NCBI GenBank assembly: GCA_043732365.1
Contig: JAYTHT010000210.1
Span: 1-37,263, forward strand
DNA: 37,263 nucleotides
From: Novosphingobium sp.
Lineage (GTDB): Bacteria; Pseudomonadota; Alphaproteobacteria; Sphingomonadales; Sphingomonadaceae
Reading direction: 5' to 3'
The position numbers and the translations under genes were made by a program. Position 1 is the stretch's first letter. Every line of letters begins with the position of its first letter. Under the pieces are notes generated by a model, which saw nothing but the letters and a program-made list of their open reading frames with translations, did not search any database and had not been told where the DNA came from. Shown piece by piece: positions 16,181-25,316 of the stretch.

Positions 16181-17635
16181 ATGAATTTCGATACCTCATC
16201 TTTGCCAACTCGCGCACGTCAAGCTGCGCCTGTCATTTTATTATCTTTTTTGCTCGGCGCCTGCGCGGTGCCACCGCCCATGGGCAAAACGCCGGTTTTG
16301 CGCGACGCCAATTCAATCGCATCGGACAGCCTCAACGGGATCTCAGTGACTGAACCTGCCGACGCGATCTGGCCCCATGAAAGCTGGTGGCGCGACTATG
16401 ACGATGCGCAACTGACGTCTCTGATCGAAGAAGCAATCAGGGGATCACCGACACTCGCACAAGCGCAGGCACGACTGCGCATTGCGCAGGGCTACGCCCG
16501 CACTGCCGGTGCCACATTGTTGCCCGTGGCTTCGGCCTCTGGCAATGCGGGCGGGATCAAGCAAAGCTACAATGAAGGGATCCCTGCGGATTTTGTGCCA
16601 AAGGGCTGGCACAGCAATGGCTCGGCGCTGTTGAATGCTGGCTTTGATCTTGACTTGTTCGGCCGCAACCACGCGACTTTGCGTGCAGCGACATCCGAGC
16701 GCATCGCCACCGAAATTGAGGCACGCGCCGCACGGCTGGCGATCGCGACAGAGGTGGCCAGCGCTTATGCCGATCTTGGGCGCTATGCCGCGTTGCGCGA
16801 TGTCGCTGCCGCTGCGCTGACCGTGCGCAAGGAAACCGCTGCACTGGTCGCCAAACGCGTGATCAACGGGCTCGATACGCTGGCCGAACAACGCCAGGCA
16901 GAGGCCGACGTACCAGTAGCCCAATCCGATCTCGCCGCCGCCGAGCTGGTGTTGGCGCTCTCCCGCAATCGGCTGGCCGCGCTGCTTGGCGCTGGACCTG
17001 ATCGCGGCGCAAACATCACCCCGCCAGCGCCAGGGCAGTTTGCTCTGATCCCCCTGCCGCCGCGCCTCGCGCTCGATCTGGTTGGGCGCCGCGCCGACAT
17101 CGCCGCTGCGCGCGCGCGGGCCGTGGCCGCCACAGCGCGGGTCGGGGCTGCACGGGCCGCATACTTTCCCGATATCAATCTTATGGCGTTTATTGGCGCG
17201 CAATCGCTCGGCCTCGCCAATCTGACCGCAGTCGGGTCCGAAGTGGGCCAAGGCCAGGCCGCAATCAGCTTGCCGCTATTTTCCGGCGGAGCACTCGCCG
17301 GCAATTATAACGCCGCGCGCGGTGCTTATGATCAAGCGGTCGCGCAATACGACGACACACTCGTTCAGGCAGTGCGTCAAGTTGCCGATGCCGCCGCCAG
17401 GCAACGGGCGCTGGCGATCCAACTGGCCTCCGCACAAGAGGCTGTCACGCGCAGTCAACAAGCATGGGATCTGGCCAAACGCCGCTATTCCGGCGGCCTG
17501 TCACCCTACCTCTCCGTGTTGTCCGCCGAAGAGGCGCTGCTGCGCAACCGTCAATTGCTGGCCGATTGCCAGGGCCGCGTGCTGGCGGTGCGGGTCGATC
17601 TGATCCGCGCGCTAGGCGGCGGCTTTCAGGCCTGA
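16181..17635 (+). CDS. Efflux outer membrane factor lipoprotein (NodT family)
   Basis: Lipobox LLGAC, WWRDYDD, FDLDLFG, RRADIAAA and LIRALGGG motifs. Confidence 0.92.
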   Translation: MNFDTSSLPTRARQAAPVILLSFLLGACAVPPPMGKTPVLRDANSIASDSLNGISVTEPADAIWPHESWWRDYDDAQLTSLIEEAIRGSPTLAQAQARLRIAQGYARTAGATLLPVASASGNAGGIKQSYNEGIPADFVPKGWHSNGSALLNAGFDLDLFGRNHATLRAATSERIATEIEARAARLAIATEVASAYADLGRYAALRDVAAAALTVRKETAALVAKRVINGLDTLAEQRQAEADVPVAQSDLAAAELVLALSRNRLAALLGAGPDRGANITPPAPGQFALIPLPPRLALDLVGRRADIAAARARAVAATARVGAARAAYFPDINLMAFIGAQSLGLANLTAVGSEVGQGQAAISLPLFSGGALAGNYNAARGAYDQAVAQYDDTLVQAVRQVADAAARQRALAIQLASAQEAVTRSQQAWDLAKRRYSGGLSPYLSVLSAEEALLRNRQLLADCQGRVLAVRVDLIRALGGGFQA

Positions 17636-17674
17636 TCCCGACATTCCCCCGTTCCTTCAGTGCATGAGACCCCC

Positions 17675-18838
17675 ATGGCCGACACCGACGCCACCAATCC
17701 GCAAAACGCTGCTGTCAGCGATACCCCAGCGCAAGAACCTGTCGCCCAAAACAACACGCGTCGGCGCGCGTTTATCGTGCTCGCCCTCGTGCTGGTGGTC
17801 ATCGCAATCGTCTTTTTCGCTTATCAATGGATCGAAGGCGGACGCTACGTTGAAACCGATGACGCTTATGTCAACGCCGAAGTCGCTGCCGTTACCCCGC
17901 TCACTGGCGGCGCCGTTGTCCAAGTGTTTGTCACCAACACGCAATCGGTAAAACAGGGTGACGTGCTGGTTGTCATCGATCCGACCGACGCGCGCATCGC
18001 GCTTGCCGCCGCGCAAGCCGAATACGCCAGCGCCGTGCGCAAAGTAAACCAGACCATCGCGACCGGCAGCGCGCTTGGCGCCCAAATTGGCGAACGCGAC
18101 GCCGATATCGGCAAAATGAAAGCGCAAATGTCGATCGCCGAGGCAGATCTCGCCCGCGCGCATCTCGACCTGACCCGGCGAGAGGCGCTGGCCACCGACG
18201 GCGGTGTCTCCGGCGAAGAACTGTCGAGCGCCAGAAATGCCTTTGCCACAGCGCAGGGCAACCTCGCTGCTGCGCGCGCTGGCCTGGCGCAGGCCCAAGC
18301 CGCGCGCGGGGCCGCCAAAGGCCAGGATGCCGCCAACAATGCGCTGATCGTCGGCACCACCACGCAAACCAATCCCGAAGTGCTCGCCGCCAAAGCCAAA
18401 ATGGATCAGGCGCGCATCGACCTTGATCGCACTATCGTGCGTGCACCGGTCGCCGGGGTCATCACGCAGCGCGCGGTCCAGATCGGCCAGCGCGTACCCG
18501 CCGGCACGACGCTGATGACTGTGGTTCCGGTGACGCAAGCTTATGTCGACGCCAATTACAAAGAAGGCCAGTTGCGCATGGTGCGCCCGGGCCAACCGGT
18601 CGAACTGACCGCGGACATTTACGGCGGAAAAGTCGTCTATCATGGTCATGTCGTGGGCTTTTCGGGCGGCACTGGCTCGGCGCTGGCGGTCATTCCGGCC
18701 CAGAACGCCACCGGCAACTGGATCAAAGTGGTTCAGCGTCTGCCGGTGCGGATTGCGCTCGATCGGCATGAACTGGCCGATCACCCGTTGCGGCTCGGCC
18801 TGTCCGTCGTCGCCACGATCGACACCCGCGCAAACTGA
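17675..18838 (+). CDS. emrA: EmrA-like membrane fusion protein
   Basis: ETDDAYV and IPAQNATGNWIKVVQRLPVRI signatures. Confidence 0.9.
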   Translation: MADTDATNPQNAAVSDTPAQEPVAQNNTRRRAFIVLALVLVVIAIVFFAYQWIEGGRYVETDDAYVNAEVAAVTPLTGGAVVQVFVTNTQSVKQGDVLVVIDPTDARIALAAAQAEYASAVRKVNQTIATGSALGAQIGERDADIGKMKAQMSIAEADLARAHLDLTRREALATDGGVSGEELSSARNAFATAQGNLAAARAGLAQAQAARGAAKGQDAANNALIVGTTTQTNPEVLAAKAKMDQARIDLDRTIVRAPVAGVITQRAVQIGQRVPAGTTLMTVVPVTQAYVDANYKEGQLRMVRPGQPVELTADIYGGKVVYHGHVVGFSGGTGSALAVIPAQNATGNWIKVVQRLPVRIALDRHELADHPLRLGLSVVATIDTRAN

Positions 18839-18851
18839 AGGGGAACGCATC

Positions 18852-20363
18852 GTGGCCGGACCCGCACCCGCTTTTGCTCCGCCAACGGCAGAACCGCTGA
18901 CCGGCGCGCGCATGATGTTTGCCGCATTTGCGCTCGCCCTTTCTAATTTCGTCGTTGTCCTCGATATCACGATCGCCAATGTCTCGTTGCCGCACATCTC
19001 GGGCAATCTGGCGGTCGCCCCGTCCCAGGGCACGTGGGTGATCACCTCTTACGCCGCGGCAGAGGCGATCTGTGTGCCGCTGACCGGCTGGCTCGCGTCA
19101 CAGTTCGGCGCCGTACGTGTGTTCATCGTGGCGCTGCTCGGGTTTGGCCTGTTTTCGATGCTATGCGGGCTATCACAAAGCCTGCCTGCGCTGATCGCGT
19201 TTCGGGTCATGCAGGGTCTGTTTGGCGGCCCGATCATGCCGATGTCGCAAACGCTGCTGTTACGGATATTCCCCCCGAAAAAGGCTTCGGTCGCGCTCGG
19301 CTTATGGTCGATGACCACAGTCTGCGCGCCAATCGCCGGCCCGATCCTGGGCGGTCTGATTTCTGACGACTGGAGTTGGCATTGGATTTTTTTCATCAAT
19401 CTGCCAATTATCATCCTGTGCGCGGCCGTAACGCGCGCGCTCACCACCCGGTATGAAACCCTGACGGTAAAGGCCCCGATCGATTACGTCGGACTGGGCC
19501 TGCTCGTGGTCTGGGTCGGCTCCTTGCAGATCATGCTCGACAAAGGGGGAGAGGAAGACTGGTTTTCCAGCTCCTTCATCATCATTTTGGCGATCGTTGC
19601 GGCAATCGGTTTCGTCGCGTTCCTGATCTGGGAATTGACCGAGCGCTATCCGATCGTCGACCTCAATGTATTTCGCCATCGCGGCTTTACTGTCGCGCTG
19701 GTCACGCAATGTTTGTCGTATGGCGCATTCTTTGCGATGGTCGTGTTGATCCCGTTGTTTCTGCAAACCAACCTTAATTATACCGCGACCGTCGCAGGCC
19801 AGGCGATGGGCTTCATGGGCATACTGGGAGTGGTTATGTCGCCGGTCGTCGCCAAACTGACCACCAAATTCGACGTGCGTCTGTTGATTAGCTTTGGCGT
19901 GGCGTGGATGGCCTGCATGGCGTTTTTGCGCACTGATACAATCACCGGGATTGATTTCTTTCACATCACGCAGCCGCTGTTTCTGCAGGGTTTTGGCATG
20001 CCGTTCTTCTTTGTTGGCACCACTGCGCTGGCGATGGGTTCGGTCCTGCCCCGCGAAACCGCATCGGCCGCCGGGCTGCAGAATTTTGCACGCACGCTTT
20101 CGGCCGCCTTCGCTACGTCGATTTCCAACACCGTATGGGATCATGACACGAAACATGCGCACGCCGAATTGTCCGGCCTGATCCATCCGCCTGCCGCGTT
20201 AATGCAACAGGGCATGGTGGGCCGTATGATGCTGGATCGGCTGGTCAATACAGAGGCAGTGACGCTGGCAACCAATGCCGTGTTTATGGACTGCGTGGTC
20301 GTCCTCGTTTTCGCTGCGTGTTTCGTCTGGTTGGCACCAAAGCTAAAACCGCGCTCGGTGTAA
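18852..20363 (+). CDS. emrB: EmrB-like DHA2 MFS efflux permease
   Basis: VLDITIANVSLPHISGNL...QGTWVITSY and WHWIFFINLP motifs. GTG start after a GAAGGGG RBS. Confidence 0.92.
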   Translation: MAGPAPAFAPPTAEPLTGARMMFAAFALALSNFVVVLDITIANVSLPHISGNLAVAPSQGTWVITSYAAAEAICVPLTGWLASQFGAVRVFIVALLGFGLFSMLCGLSQSLPALIAFRVMQGLFGGPIMPMSQTLLLRIFPPKKASVALGLWSMTTVCAPIAGPILGGLISDDWSWHWIFFINLPIIILCAAVTRALTTRYETLTVKAPIDYVGLGLLVVWVGSLQIMLDKGGEEDWFSSSFIIILAIVAAIGFVAFLIWELTERYPIVDLNVFRHRGFTVALVTQCLSYGAFFAMVVLIPLFLQTNLNYTATVAGQAMGFMGILGVVMSPVVAKLTTKFDVRLLISFGVAWMACMAFLRTDTITGIDFFHITQPLFLQGFGMPFFFVGTTALAMGSVLPRETASAAGLQNFARTLSAAFATSISNTVWDHDTKHAHAELSGLIHPPAALMQQGMVGRMMLDRLVNTEAVTLATNAVFMDCVVVLVFAACFVWLAPKLKPRSV

Positions 20364-20386
20364 AGTTGTGACAGGTGCGGGGGGGC

Positions 20387-21310
20387 TCAGGGTTTTCCCG
20401 CCCCGCCAGACGCGCCATAGACTGCGCCGGTCGTAAAACTGGAAGATTCTTCGGCCAACAGGACATAAATCCCCGCCAGTTCGCCCGGCTGGCCGGGCCG
20501 ACCAAGCGGAGTCTGCCCACCAAAGGCGATCAGCTTTGCCATCGACGCACCGCCGGACACTTGCAATGGTGTCCAGATTGGTCCTGGCGCCACGCCGCAC
20601 ACGCGGATCCCGCGGGGCGCCAGTTGCTTGGCCAAGCCCCGCACATAATTGGATGTGGCGGCTTTGGTCATCGCATAATGGTATATATCGGGTGTCGGAT
20701 CCTCGGCCTGTTCAGACGTGGAGCCAATAATCACCGACCCCGGCCGCATATACGGCACAGCCGCGCGGATCAGCCAGAACGGCGCATAGATGTTGGTTTT
20801 CATTGTCGCGTCGAATTCTTCGGTCGTCAGATCCAGGATCGAATCCACGCTCTGCTGACGCCCGGCATTACTGACCAGGATATCAATCCCGCCCAGCGCA
20901 GCGACGGTTTGTTCGATCAGGCTGGTGCAAACTGTTTCATCGCGCAGATCCCCTGGGATGCCCACGCCGCGCGCACCGGCTTCATGGATCAGGCGCAGCA
21001 CGCCATCCGCATCGCTTTGTTCGTCCGGCAAATAGCTGATCACAACGTCGGCGCCTTCGCGCGCAAAGGCAATTGCCGCCGCCGCGCCCATGCCACTGTC
21101 ACCACCGGTGATCAGCGCCCGCCGCCCGCTCAACCGGCCAGACCCGCGATAGCTGGCTTCGCCATGATCGGGTCTGGGATCCATCTGCGCAGCAAGGCCT
21201 GGCCACGGCTGGTGTTGTTCGGCAAATGGCGGCGCAGGAAATTTGTGCCGTGGATCATCCAACGCAACAGTTGTATCCGTCGGGGTCTGGTTCGAGGGGG
21301 CAGTGCTCAT
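20387..21310 (-). CDS. SDR oxidoreductase (YghA / general stress protein 39-like)
   Basis: PDHGEASYRGSGRL, TGGDSGMG, YAMTK and APGPIWTPLQ motifs. AAGGAG RBS. Confidence 0.92.
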   Translation of the reverse strand: MSTAPSNQTPTDTTVALDDPRHKFPAPPFAEQHQPWPGLAAQMDPRPDHGEASYRGSGRLSGRRALITGGDSGMGAAAAIAFAREGADVVISYLPDEQSDADGVLRLIHEAGARGVGIPGDLRDETVCTSLIEQTVAALGGIDILVSNAGRQQSVDSILDLTTEEFDATMKTNIYAPFWLIRAAVPYMRPGSVIIGSTSEQAEDPTPDIYHYAMTKAATSNYVRGLAKQLAPRGIRVCGVAPGPIWTPLQVSGGASMAKLIAFGGQTPLGRPGQPGELAGIYVLLAEESSSFTTGAVYGASGGAGKP

Positions 21311-21391
21311 CGCGAAAACTCCTTTGTCCGTGGACAATCTTGGCTATGCCGACATCTGCGCGCGGAACGACCGCCTTGTGCTATCTAGCAA

Positions 21392-21416
21392 AAGCAACGG
21401 CCAGACGTCCTGTTCC
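21392..21416 (-). promoter_or_regulatory. Possible EcfG promoter (SDR gene)
   Basis: GGAAC-N16-GCTT, degenerate -10. Confidence 0.4.
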
Positions 21417-21461
21417 GTGTGGCCGTCTTTTCTACCTTTGGAGAAGACTACAAGGGGTGCC

Positions 21462-21953
21462 GTGGTCGACCAGGCCTTTGATCTTGTTGCCAATACGCAC
21501 TGCCGCCTCCTGCTCCTGGGCAGTTTTCCGGGGGTTTGGTCTTTGCGCGACCGGCAATATTACGCCAATCCGCGCAACCAGTTCTGGCAACTGCTGTCAC
21601 CCGTGATCGGGATCGATCTGGTGCCGCTTGGCTATGCCGACCGGCTGGCTACGGTTTTGGCACATGGTATAGGATTGTGGGATGTCGTCGCCACCGCGCG
21701 ACGCGTAGGCAGCCTCGATTCTGCTTTGCGCGATGTCGCCCCGCGCGCTCTGCACTCAGCCGCAGCAGGCTTGCCGGATTTGCGCGCCACGGCGTTCAAC
21801 GGCGCGACCGCGTTCAAAATCGGCCAGCGTCAGATGGCAAAATGCCCAAAGGTAAAATGCCTGCTGCTACCATCCAGCAGCCCGGCACACACGATCGGCC
21901 TTGCTGCCAAGGCCGAACAGTGGCGCCATCTTGCCAGCTATCTGGCGCATTAG
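21462..21953 (+). CDS. DNA-deoxyinosine glycosylase (UDG superfamily, family 6-like)
   Basis: LLGSFPG..SL...QYYANPRNQFW, GIGLWDV, FNG and LPSSSPA motifs. Confidence 0.88.
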   Translation: MVDQAFDLVANTHCRLLLLGSFPGVWSLRDRQYYANPRNQFWQLLSPVIGIDLVPLGYADRLATVLAHGIGLWDVVATARRVGSLDSALRDVAPRALHSAAAGLPDLRATAFNGATAFKIGQRQMAKCPKVKCLLLPSSSPAHTIGLAAKAEQWRHLASYLAH

Positions 21954-22321
21954 TCGTAGTCGCCGGATAGCCCGAGCGCGCCGTCTTCATCATCATCGTT
22001 GCGTTCATCGCGAAACGCACCCATGTCGATCCGGCCCGACCGCACCATGTCCTGCATATGGTCGACCAGATCCTGCACATCGTCATCCGGATCGCCCGAT
22101 GACACTTTGGTGCTGTCTTCCAACCCAAAATTGTCAGAACTACGGCTCGATGCGCCAGTCGCTACGGTCTGCGCCTGTGCATCTTCGTCTTCCTGCGGCA
22201 TATTCATCGTTTCAGGTGGCAGAACCGCCTCAGGTTCGATCGGCCGATCCGGCGATGGCTCATCACCAAGCGGAGGCAGGGGGACTTCGGGCTGCTGGGG
22301 GGGTTCAGGTGAGGTAGCCAT
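21950..22321 (-). CDS. Acidic, Pro-rich hypothetical protein
   Basis: 123 aa with DLVDHMQDMVRSGRIDMGAF core. GGAG RBS; GGAAC-N16-GCTT upstream (22392-22368). Confidence 0.7.
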   Translation of the reverse strand: MATSPEPPQQPEVPLPPLGDEPSPDRPIEPEAVLPPETMNMPQEDEDAQAQTVATGASSRSSDNFGLEDSTKVSSGDPDDDVQDLVDHMQDMVRSGRIDMGAFRDERNDDDEDGALGLSGDYD

Positions 22322-22507
22322 GGGTAATTTCTCCGGTGCGACACGCGGTGCGCGGGCATATCTGAGAAAGCGCTGACCCGCAGGTCTGTTCCGCTTTCGT
22401 GCGTCCAGCTGCGTGATTACTTCGGCTCAACCGATCTCGAGCTCGACGAAGGATCATTTCTGCCCCGGCGTTGTTACTATGACACCACCAAACGATGGAG
22501 ATATATC

Positions 22508-22900
22508 ATGGCTTTGGATACATATTCCGCCACGCATGATGGCCTTGAAACACGCGAAACCGGTGACACCATCTCATCGCGCAAAGTCGAAGGCACCGCA
22601 GTCTACGACCGCGCCGAACAACGGCTTGGCAGCATCGAAAGCTTCATGGTCAACAAACTTTCGGGACAGGTCGAATATGCCGTGCTGCAATTCGGCGGCC
22701 TGTTCGGAATAGGCAGCGACTATTATCCGATTCCCTGGAATCAGCTGCGCTATTCGCGAAACCTCGGCGGGTATGTCGTCGATCTTGACCGCAGCATCCT
22801 GGAAAAAGCACCGCGCTATGCCCAGGCCGAAGATCGTGCTTTCGACAGCAGTTACGGCCGCGAAATCAATGACTACTATGGCACGTTCATGCCGCTCTGA
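22508..22900 (+). CDS. PRC-barrel domain protein
   Basis: ISSRKVEGTAVY...GQVEYAVLQFGGLFGIG..YYPIPW. GGAG RBS; GGATC-N16-TGTT at 22451-22475. Confidence 0.9.
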   Translation: MALDTYSATHDGLETRETGDTISSRKVEGTAVYDRAEQRLGSIESFMVNKLSGQVEYAVLQFGGLFGIGSDYYPIPWNQLRYSRNLGGYVVDLDRSILEKAPRYAQAEDRAFDSSYGREINDYYGTFMPL

Positions 22901-22912
22901 CGGTATTTGAGC

Positions 22913-22936
22913 CGGGGCGGCCCGCGGGTCGCCCCG
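22913..22936. terminator. Hairpin between convergent genes
   Basis: CGGGGCGGCC-CGCG-GGTCGCCCCG. Confidence 0.55.
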
Positions 22937-22939
22937 ATC

Positions 22940-23359
22940 TTACCGCCGGTCGATAAAGCCCATGAACCGCGACCGCGTCGTCCGCCGCACACGGCTGCGA
23001 ATAATTTCGACGAGTTCTACCGCATCATAGGGCTTGACCGCCAGGATTCCCATTTCGGCGATTTTGGCGGGAATGCGCTCCGGCGATCCAGTGGCAAACA
23101 CCACCAACGGCATTCGCGTAAAAATCTGCTGGGCTAGCTCCGCCATCTGCCAGCCATCGTCGCCATCGGCCAGCCGCACATCCAGAATGATTACCCCCGG
23201 TGAATACCCGGTCAATTCGGCCAAAGCCTCGGTCGCTGTGGCGCAACACCTGACTTCGCTGGCTCCACCGTCCAGCAAGGTGCTGGATAGAAGATCGGAC
23301 TGGAATACGTCATCTTCGACGATCAGCACGCTGCCCAGGCCAGATATTTGTCGCGACAT
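22940..23359 (-). CDS. Single-domain response regulator with FATG motif (SdrG/MrrA-like)
   Basis: LIVEDD, ILDVRL, VVFATGS and VKPY motifs. Confidence 0.85.
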   Translation of the reverse strand: MSRQISGLGSVLIVEDDVFQSDLLSSTLLDGGASEVRCCATATEALAELTGYSPGVIILDVRLADGDDGWQMAELAQQIFTRMPLVVFATGSPERIPAKIAEMGILAVKPYDAVELVEIIRSRVRRTTRSRFMGFIDRR

Positions 23360-23426
23360 GGGTTTCTTGCACTCGGTGCCGGAGGATCGACAATCCGCCG
23401 CGCGGACGCCTTTGGTCACTTCAAAC

Positions 23427-23453
23427 GGAACGATCGGCCCTCGCCAGTGTTCC
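23427..23453. promoter_or_regulatory. EcfG promoter motif on both strands
   Basis: Minus: GGAAC-N16-CGTT (23453-23429). Plus: GGAAC-N16-TGTT (23427-23451). Confidence 0.7.
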
Positions 23454-23558
23454 ATATTTTTGCATTGTTCCATATTTGCCAAATGGGCTCAAGCGACGTG
23501 TAGTGGTGGCCCAGCTTTCGCACGCAACATCAATTGGATCGTTCATAAACCAACAACC

Positions 23559-23587
23559 CGCCCGATGCGCAGTTTGTGCATCGGGCG
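23559..23587 (-). terminator. Intrinsic terminator-like hairpin
   Basis: CGCCCGATGCGC-AGTTT-GTGCATCGGGCG, followed on the minus strand by GGTTGTTGGTTT. Confidence 0.6.
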
Positions 23588-23615
23588 CGCCATGACTATG
23601 ACGGTTGTTGTCAGC

Positions 23616-24080
23616 TCAAACCGATCCTTCCGCGTAATGGCCTGCCTCATCGGGTTGGATCAATGTGCCGGTAAACAAGTGATACAGGCCGGTAACGGTC
23701 ATGTCGACTTGCCAGACATGGGCATCGGCAATGTCAAACCGCATCAGCCGGATTGACGGACTATCCTTGCCGCCTTGGAACCACGCCCCAACTTTGTCCG
23801 ACCACAATTTTTCAAACACCGCGCGATCGGTTTCCTCGGACAAGGTGCCCGTGACCGCGGCAAACAGCTTGTGTCCTTTAGCTGACACATCGAATTTGGC
23901 CGGGCCGCCCGGAGCCAAAGCGTTGTCCCGGTTCATGAAAAACCAGATTTTTTGATGCGCATCGACATCCAGCATGGCCCGCATCGGCTGGCCGTCAGCC
24001 GTGGCCTGGTTCAGCCGAACCATGACATAGGGGCTGTCGGCCAGCTCTTTCCAGAACGCTTTGCGGATTTCGGGGTCCAT
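23616..24080 (-). CDS. General stress protein, pyridoxamine 5'-phosphate oxidase-like FMN-binding family
   Basis: QPM...IWFF...LWS..VGAWFQGGKDSP pattern. AAGGA RBS; GGAAC-N17-CATT at 24177-24152. Confidence 0.85.
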   Translation of the reverse strand: MDPEIRKAFWKELADSPYVMVRLNQATADGQPMRAMLDVDAHQKIWFFMNRDNALAPGGPAKFDVSAKGHKLFAAVTGTLSEETDRAVFEKLWSDKVGAWFQGGKDSPSIRLMRFDIADAHVWQVDMTVTGLYHLFTGTLIQPDEAGHYAEGSV

Positions 24081-24227
24081 GGTCAGTCCTTTCATGCGCA
24101 GCCAAGCGCTGCATTTGAAATGATCGCGGGTAAACCGCATGCTGGGCCGTCAATGGCTGAGAACCATCACTTGTTCCCCCGCGCACGCAACGCGATGGCC
24201 CGATGGGCATTATTGGGGGCGGGGCAG

Positions 24228-24252
24228 GGAACCGTGCCCGCATCGGCGCGTT
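24228..24252 (+). promoter_or_regulatory. EcfG promoter (ferritin-like gene)
   Basis: Perfect GGAAC-N16-CGTT. Confidence 0.8.
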
Positions 24253-24327
24253 TGATCGGAGGCAACACCTTGCGCGCAACCCGGGCGCGGTCCTCGATAA
24301 TGCCCCAAACTCCAAAAGGAACCCGTG

Positions 24328-24876
24328 ATGGTAACGCAAACCAAAGAGGCGGCCCCGACTTTTACGTCCACCACAACACTGCGGGCGCAGGCGCGCAAAC
24401 ATATCGAGAAAGGTCCGGTTACCATTTCCTACCCGGCGGATCGGGACGTCATTGTTGAACAGCTTAACAAATCGCTCGCCACCGAATGGGTGTGCGTGCT
24501 GCGCTACATGCGCCATTATTACACGATCACCGGTGTCGTTTCCGAACCGATCAAGGCGCATTTCCTGGAACACGCGCGCGAAGAACAGGGCCATGCGGGC
24601 AAGATCGCCGAACGGATCGTGCAACTGGGCGGCCAACCTGATCTCGACCCTGCAACGCTGGCCCAACGCTCGCACGCCGAATACCAGACAGGCACATCGA
24701 TCAAGGACATGATCCGCGAAAACCTGATCGCCGAACGCATCGCCGTCGAGTCATACCGCGAATTTATCCAGTTCCTGGGTGATCGCGATCCGACGACGCG
24801 CACCATGCTCGAAGGCATTCTGGCGCAAGAAGAGGAACACGCCGACGAACTGCGCGACTTGCTCGAAGAAGGTTGA
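24328..24876 (+). CDS. Ferritin-like / bacterioferritin-related protein
   Basis: Di-iron ligand pattern ATE..CVLRY, EEQGH, AERIA..Y, EEEH. Confidence 0.9.
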   Translation: MVTQTKEAAPTFTSTTTLRAQARKHIEKGPVTISYPADRDVIVEQLNKSLATEWVCVLRYMRHYYTITGVVSEPIKAHFLEHAREEQGHAGKIAERIVQLGGQPDLDPATLAQRSHAEYQTGTSIKDMIRENLIAERIAVESYREFIQFLGDRDPTTRTMLEGILAQEEEHADELRDLLEEG

Positions 24877-24975
24877 ATCAAGCCCAATCATCACAGGCTC
24901 TTTACCGTCAAGTCAAAGCAATCGCCCAACCGGGTCACCACTACGACGGCCCATATTTTTTCCCTTGATTGCCAT

Positions 24976-25000
24976 GGAACAAGGGGTTTTGTGCACCGTT
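24976..25000 (+). promoter_or_regulatory. EcfG promoter (csbD)
   Basis: Perfect GGAAC-N16-CGTT. Confidence 0.8.
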
Positions 25001-25047
25001 ATGCCCAAATGAAGGACGACCTTCATAACGCAAGCAGGAGAGCTGAC

Positions 25048-25224
25048 ATGGGTTCCGTTTCTGATCGCGTCGCAGGCACAGTAAATTCTGCAGTTGGCAA
25101 AACCAAAGAAGCCATCGGCAAGGAAACTGGCGATGCCACCCTGGCCGCCAAAGGCGCTGTCCAGGATACTAAGGGCAAAGCACAGACTGCTGTCGGCAAA
25201 GTCAAGTCCGCGCTTGGCGACTGA
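25048..25224 (+). CDS. csbD: CsbD family stress protein
   Basis: DRVAG...GKTKEAIGKETGD..L...G..Q..KG..Q...GKVK. AGGAG RBS. Confidence 0.88.
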   Translation: MGSVSDRVAGTVNSAVGKTKEAIGKETGDATLAAKGAVQDTKGKAQTAVGKVKSALGD

Positions 25225-25316
25225 TGGTCTGACCAGCCTGATGATGGCCTCGCTCGAAAGGGCGGGGCCATTCTCGCGTTGGTGCACGTGAAATCCCCAG
25301 GCCAAAGGCTTTAACG

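Noticed and set aside
17657-19045. 462-aa antisense ORF (and similar ones at 9955-10716, 16445-17251, 20375-21388, 33441-34268)
   Set aside because: Shadow ORFs opposite well-supported genes, expected in high-GC DNA.
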